From the NCBI RefSeq assembly GCF_902713425.1, contig NC_081214.1:10816641-10880640 (forward strand): a stretch of 64,000 bases of DNA, given 5' to 3'. The position numbers were made by a program, and so were the translations under genes. The notes below the pieces were generated by a model. It did not search any database and had not been told where the DNA came from. It saw only the letters and a list, made by a program, of their open reading frames with translations. Every line of letters begins with the position of its first letter. Position 1 is the first letter of the stretch. Origin of the DNA: Acipenser ruthenus. Lineage: Eukaryota. Positions 61,001-64,000 of the stretch are shown piece by piece.

Positions 61001-63600
61001 GTTGGTGGAGCCTCCAGCTGTTCACTCTGTTCCTTACTGAGTCTAGGTAACTTGAGATTATCCAGAAACTCTTTAACCCTGTCTGTGTTGGATTGATTAT
61101 CAGACATATACAAAGCAGAATAAAAGTCCTTAAAAACACCATTAGTCTCTTCAGGATCAGATGTCAAGACACCATCAGAAGTTCTTATTGCGGTTATGCA
61201 CGCTAAACGTTCATTATTCTTAAGTCTCAAGGCTAAAAGCCTACTAGGCCGATCTGCGTTTTCATAGTATAATTGTTTGCTTTTGTGTAATAAGAATTCT
61301 GCTCTAACTGAGGTCAAATCATTGAATTTATTTTTCAAAATTATTAGTTGTCTAGCTGTCTGTCAAATATTTACTTTTCTGCTCTTTTTCAGTATTTAGT
61401 ATTTCTTTCTCTGATTGAACTATTTGTCTATTGCGAGAAGAATTTAAGTGAGAAGCAAATGCTGTACAGTTGCCTCTTAAAAAACATTTAGTTACTTCCC
61501 ACAATATTTGTGGATTGTCAGTCGAGTTGGAGTTCAACTGGATAAATTCAATCAGACCAGAACGCAGCTGTTTAAGGAACTCCTCATTCTGTAGTAAATA
61601 AGTATTAAATCACCATCTATTAGCGTGAGACGATTTGGGTACAAGGCTGAAAGAATATAATATAGGGGCATGGTCTGAGATTAAAATCGGTAAAATATCA
61701 GTACCCAGCACAAACTGAAATATATCTGGAGAAACAAAAACGTAATTTAGCAGAGATATGATTTAAAAATTGGGGGTCAAAAGAATTGGGTGCATATACT
61801 GATACAAAGCAGAACTTAGAGTTATTCAATTCACACCGAACATAAGTAAAGCGTCCCTCCTCATCAGCACCTGTTCCATGAATATTAATATTTAACTTCC
61901 TATTAACCAGAATTAAAACTCCTTTAGACTTGGTAGACGCACATGAGTTAGCCAACACTCTATAATGCTTATTTTGAATTCTGTTAACATCAGAGGACCT
62001 AAAATGTGATTCTTGTAAAAGTGCTATGTCGACTTTCTTGCGGTGTAAGAAATCAAGGCATTTAGTTCTTTTTGCAGGAATATTCAGGCCACGCAGATTC
62101 CAAGACACAACTACTAGATCACACATTAAGGTGGTTTTAATACCAAGGCAGGCCACCCATCTCTCCCCAGTAAGAAAAGCACTTTTCTTAATAATATAAG
62201 AGACATAAGGATACACAAAATGTTCCAAAATATAAACTTGTCCAGCATCATCACTGTATAAAATCCCAGCACAGAAAAAAAGAACGACGGAACTATGATC
62301 ATTAACGACAATAGCAAAAAAAACAACTAAGATTGCCAGCTGCTAAGGAGAAGTGTCCAAACTTGCTGACTAAAAAACAAAACGTTTACAAGACTTTGTG
62401 GGCAATAACGCCAAGATGTAAGTCCATCCCCGAGAGCAGGTCTCCTCTAAGAATAGCAAGGTTTACAAAAAAAAAAAAAATTGAATGGTGTATACAAAAT
62501 GCACACATATACATATATACATATATATCTATATACACATACTGTATATACACACATACACATATATATACATACCTACATACATACACACACATACACA
62601 TACATACACATACTGCATATAAAATAAAGGAGATTTATATTTCTAATAGTAAATAAATAAAAATACTAGCCTACATATCCAGGTACGTGCACGGATACGC
62701 AAGCATATACACCTACATTCGTATCAGTGTGATATTTTAAGTAACACTTAACACTATATATAACTTTACACCATACATGCAATGCACGCACACCCAGCTG
62801 CACAGAGCCATATATAATTACCGACATCTTGAAATGTGGTGTAGCAGGAAATTAAATATTAGGAAAAAATATATAATAATAATAATAATAATCATAATAA
62901 TAATGAGTAATTGAAAGGATAATCTAAACCATCGACTGACCAAACTGGTAAAATCCAATTCAGCATTTAACTCAGAGAAAGATCCATTTCACTTGATTTC
63001 TGACAAAAAGTGATCAGCTTCATCAGGAGAATTACAGTAGTATACTCAACCGTTTCTCACAATTTTCAATTTGGCAGGGTAGATTAGGTAACTCGGGATT
63101 GATCTCTCTCTCTCTCTGTGCTTGCAAAAAAGCGACGGCGTCTGAGCCCTCGGAACCTTCTTTCAGCCCGGTGAGTCTAATATTTGATCGGCGATTCCGC
63201 TCTTCCATGGCTATCAATTTGCTTTGTAGTTCAGATAACTTGTCTTTGTACTCATGGAACTCCTGTCTGTCCGTTCTCTGAACCTGCTGCACGTTATCAA
63301 CTCTCGCTTGTACGGCCTTCAGATTAGCAAACTGCTTGTCTACTTTCTCTTCCAATTGTAGTATCCGTTTATTAATATCATTCAGGTAATCTCGTATGCC
63401 CCTTACTTCTTGCAGTACTTCATTTAGGCTCTCCTGCATGCATTCTTTAATGGCTTTTTTAATTTTGGGATCTAGCCTCACAGGTGCAGCCTGGAGCTCG
63501 AGTTTATCATGTATGCCAGATGAGGAGATGGTATATTAGCATTTATAACCGCAGCCGATCTCTTCACTGGGGTCTCCATGATCCCAAAATAAACAAAAAA
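55036..63600 (-). mobile_element. L1/Tx1-clade LINE on the minus strand. ORF1p is at 63032..63481. The ORF2 APE endonuclease is at 61698..62228, the ORF2 linker/RT start at 60508..61338, the RT at 55401..56936 and the Cys-rich C-terminal domain at 55036..55438. ORF2 is interrupted by a ~3.3 kb nested insertion at ~57300-60600. The 3' end is cut by a solo LTR at 55027.
   Basis: ORF1 has a coiled coil plus EERNRRSNIRLTGLKEGSEG, the L1 ORF1p RRM hallmark. EN reads VVSWNLRGLN...DIALLQESHF. RT reads KGKSPGLDGLPPELL...QTDFMKGR and then ...WQGCPLSPLLFALSLEPLAQAIR...ISLYADDILLF. The C-terminal domain has CFICKKGE...H...C. The ORF1 C-terminal region (62330-63030) is disrupted by microsatellites. Confidence 0.85.
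57300..60600 (-). mobile_element. Non-LTR retrotransposon with a C-terminal restriction-like endonuclease (R2/R4/Rex6/HERO-type), nested inside the L1 ORF2 RT region. The N-terminal basic region plus RT is at 59034..60536. The RT C-terminus plus CCHC finger is at 57839..59053. The PD-(D/E)XK RLE domain is at 57446..57784. There are at least two frameshifts. The 3'UTR at 57000-57440 contains a ~62-bp tandem duplication.
   Basis: RT motifs: FRPISLLNVEGKIF, TFLDLANAYGSVPHE, YMDDMT. The N-terminus has no APE domain. The C-terminus reads CPLCSSPATLRHILTGCKVALSQGRFTWRHDQV (the CCHC + RHD motif of RLE-type elements), followed by LVELTVPWEDAVDEAYERKKLRYAQLATEAEQRGWRVRVYPVEVGCRGF (E...D/E...K..KY, a PD-(D/E)XK-like core). 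Confidence 0.75.
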
Positions 63601-64000
63601 TGCCTTTTATAAAATATTGAAGTGAAAAACTGGGAAACAAATGCTATCGGGGGTGGAGGTTGGTGTTTAAGCGTCCATCTTGGCGGCTTGCTCACCGGAA
63701 GTCCTCAAAAGCATCTTTTGAGGTTCTTGGAGAACAAATTTAGGAGGCGCTCAAGAAAAATCTATTACTTCTCTGACGGGTGTGCAGGACAATATAAAAA
63801 CTGTAAAAATGTCCTCAACATTTGCCAGCACTTGGAAGATTTTGGCATGGAAGCAGAGTGGAACTTCTTTGCAACACCTCATGGCAATGGAATGGCAACA
63901 AACGCCAGTTTGCAGCGTCCATACCACGACCAGATCCAGACTCCACACCAATTGTATAGGTTTGAAAAAGACAACATTCCTGCACTTGAAGTAGAATACT

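Noticed and set aside
1-64000. Search for a prokaryotic-style 'system' (defence island, operon, toxin-antitoxin, CRISPR-Cas)
   Set aside because: The sequence has spliced exons, LINE/SINE/LTR/hAT/piggyBac content, microsatellites and no dense co-directional ORF arrays. It is vertebrate chromosomal DNA, so the framing does not apply.

Overview
This window is vertebrate nuclear DNA, almost certainly from a ray-finned fish, not a prokaryotic locus. The evidence is a multi-exon host gene with GT-AG introns, a tRNA-derived SINE with the HpaI/Deu-type tail, CR1- and L1-type LINEs, hAT and piggyBac elements, and satellite arrays. I find no CRISPR array, operon, defence island or rRNA/tRNA gene.

The organising feature is a minus-strand gene whose protein is clearly a CASTOR1/GATSL-family arginine sensor with two ACT domains. 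Seven coding exons run from 26377 down to 3963. Together they cover roughly 270 aa. The exon or exons for the first ~60 aa were not found.

The gene's large introns are packed with transposable elements:
- Two near-identical CR1-like LINEs with an ORF1 esterase (SGNH) domain and an APE-EN/RT ORF2, at 29.2-32.7 kb and 49.6-53.4 kb, plus fragmented copies and about a dozen 5'-truncated tails of the same family.
- An L1-like LINE on the minus strand at 55.0-63.6 kb. Its ORF2 RT is split by a ~3.3 kb nested insertion of a non-LTR retrotransposon that has an RT, a CCHC finger and a PD-(D/E)XK restriction-like endonuclease (R2/R4/Rex6/HERO-type).
- A 3.0 kb LTR element with 5-bp TSDs, a repeat-laden ORF with a CCHC knuckle, and a solo LTR of the same family inserted in the L1.
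- A 2.4 kb hAT element with a perfect 8-bp TSD lying 66 bp from a CASTOR splice donor.
- A hAT-Charlie-like non-autonomous element, two TTAA-flanked piggyBac-type MITEs and a Ty3/gypsy pol fragment.
- A ~2 kb satellite with a 60-61 bp unit, several minisatellites and many microsatellites.

No single novel 'system' is evident. The most interesting biology is the nested, datable TE insertions and the apparently young CR1 family.
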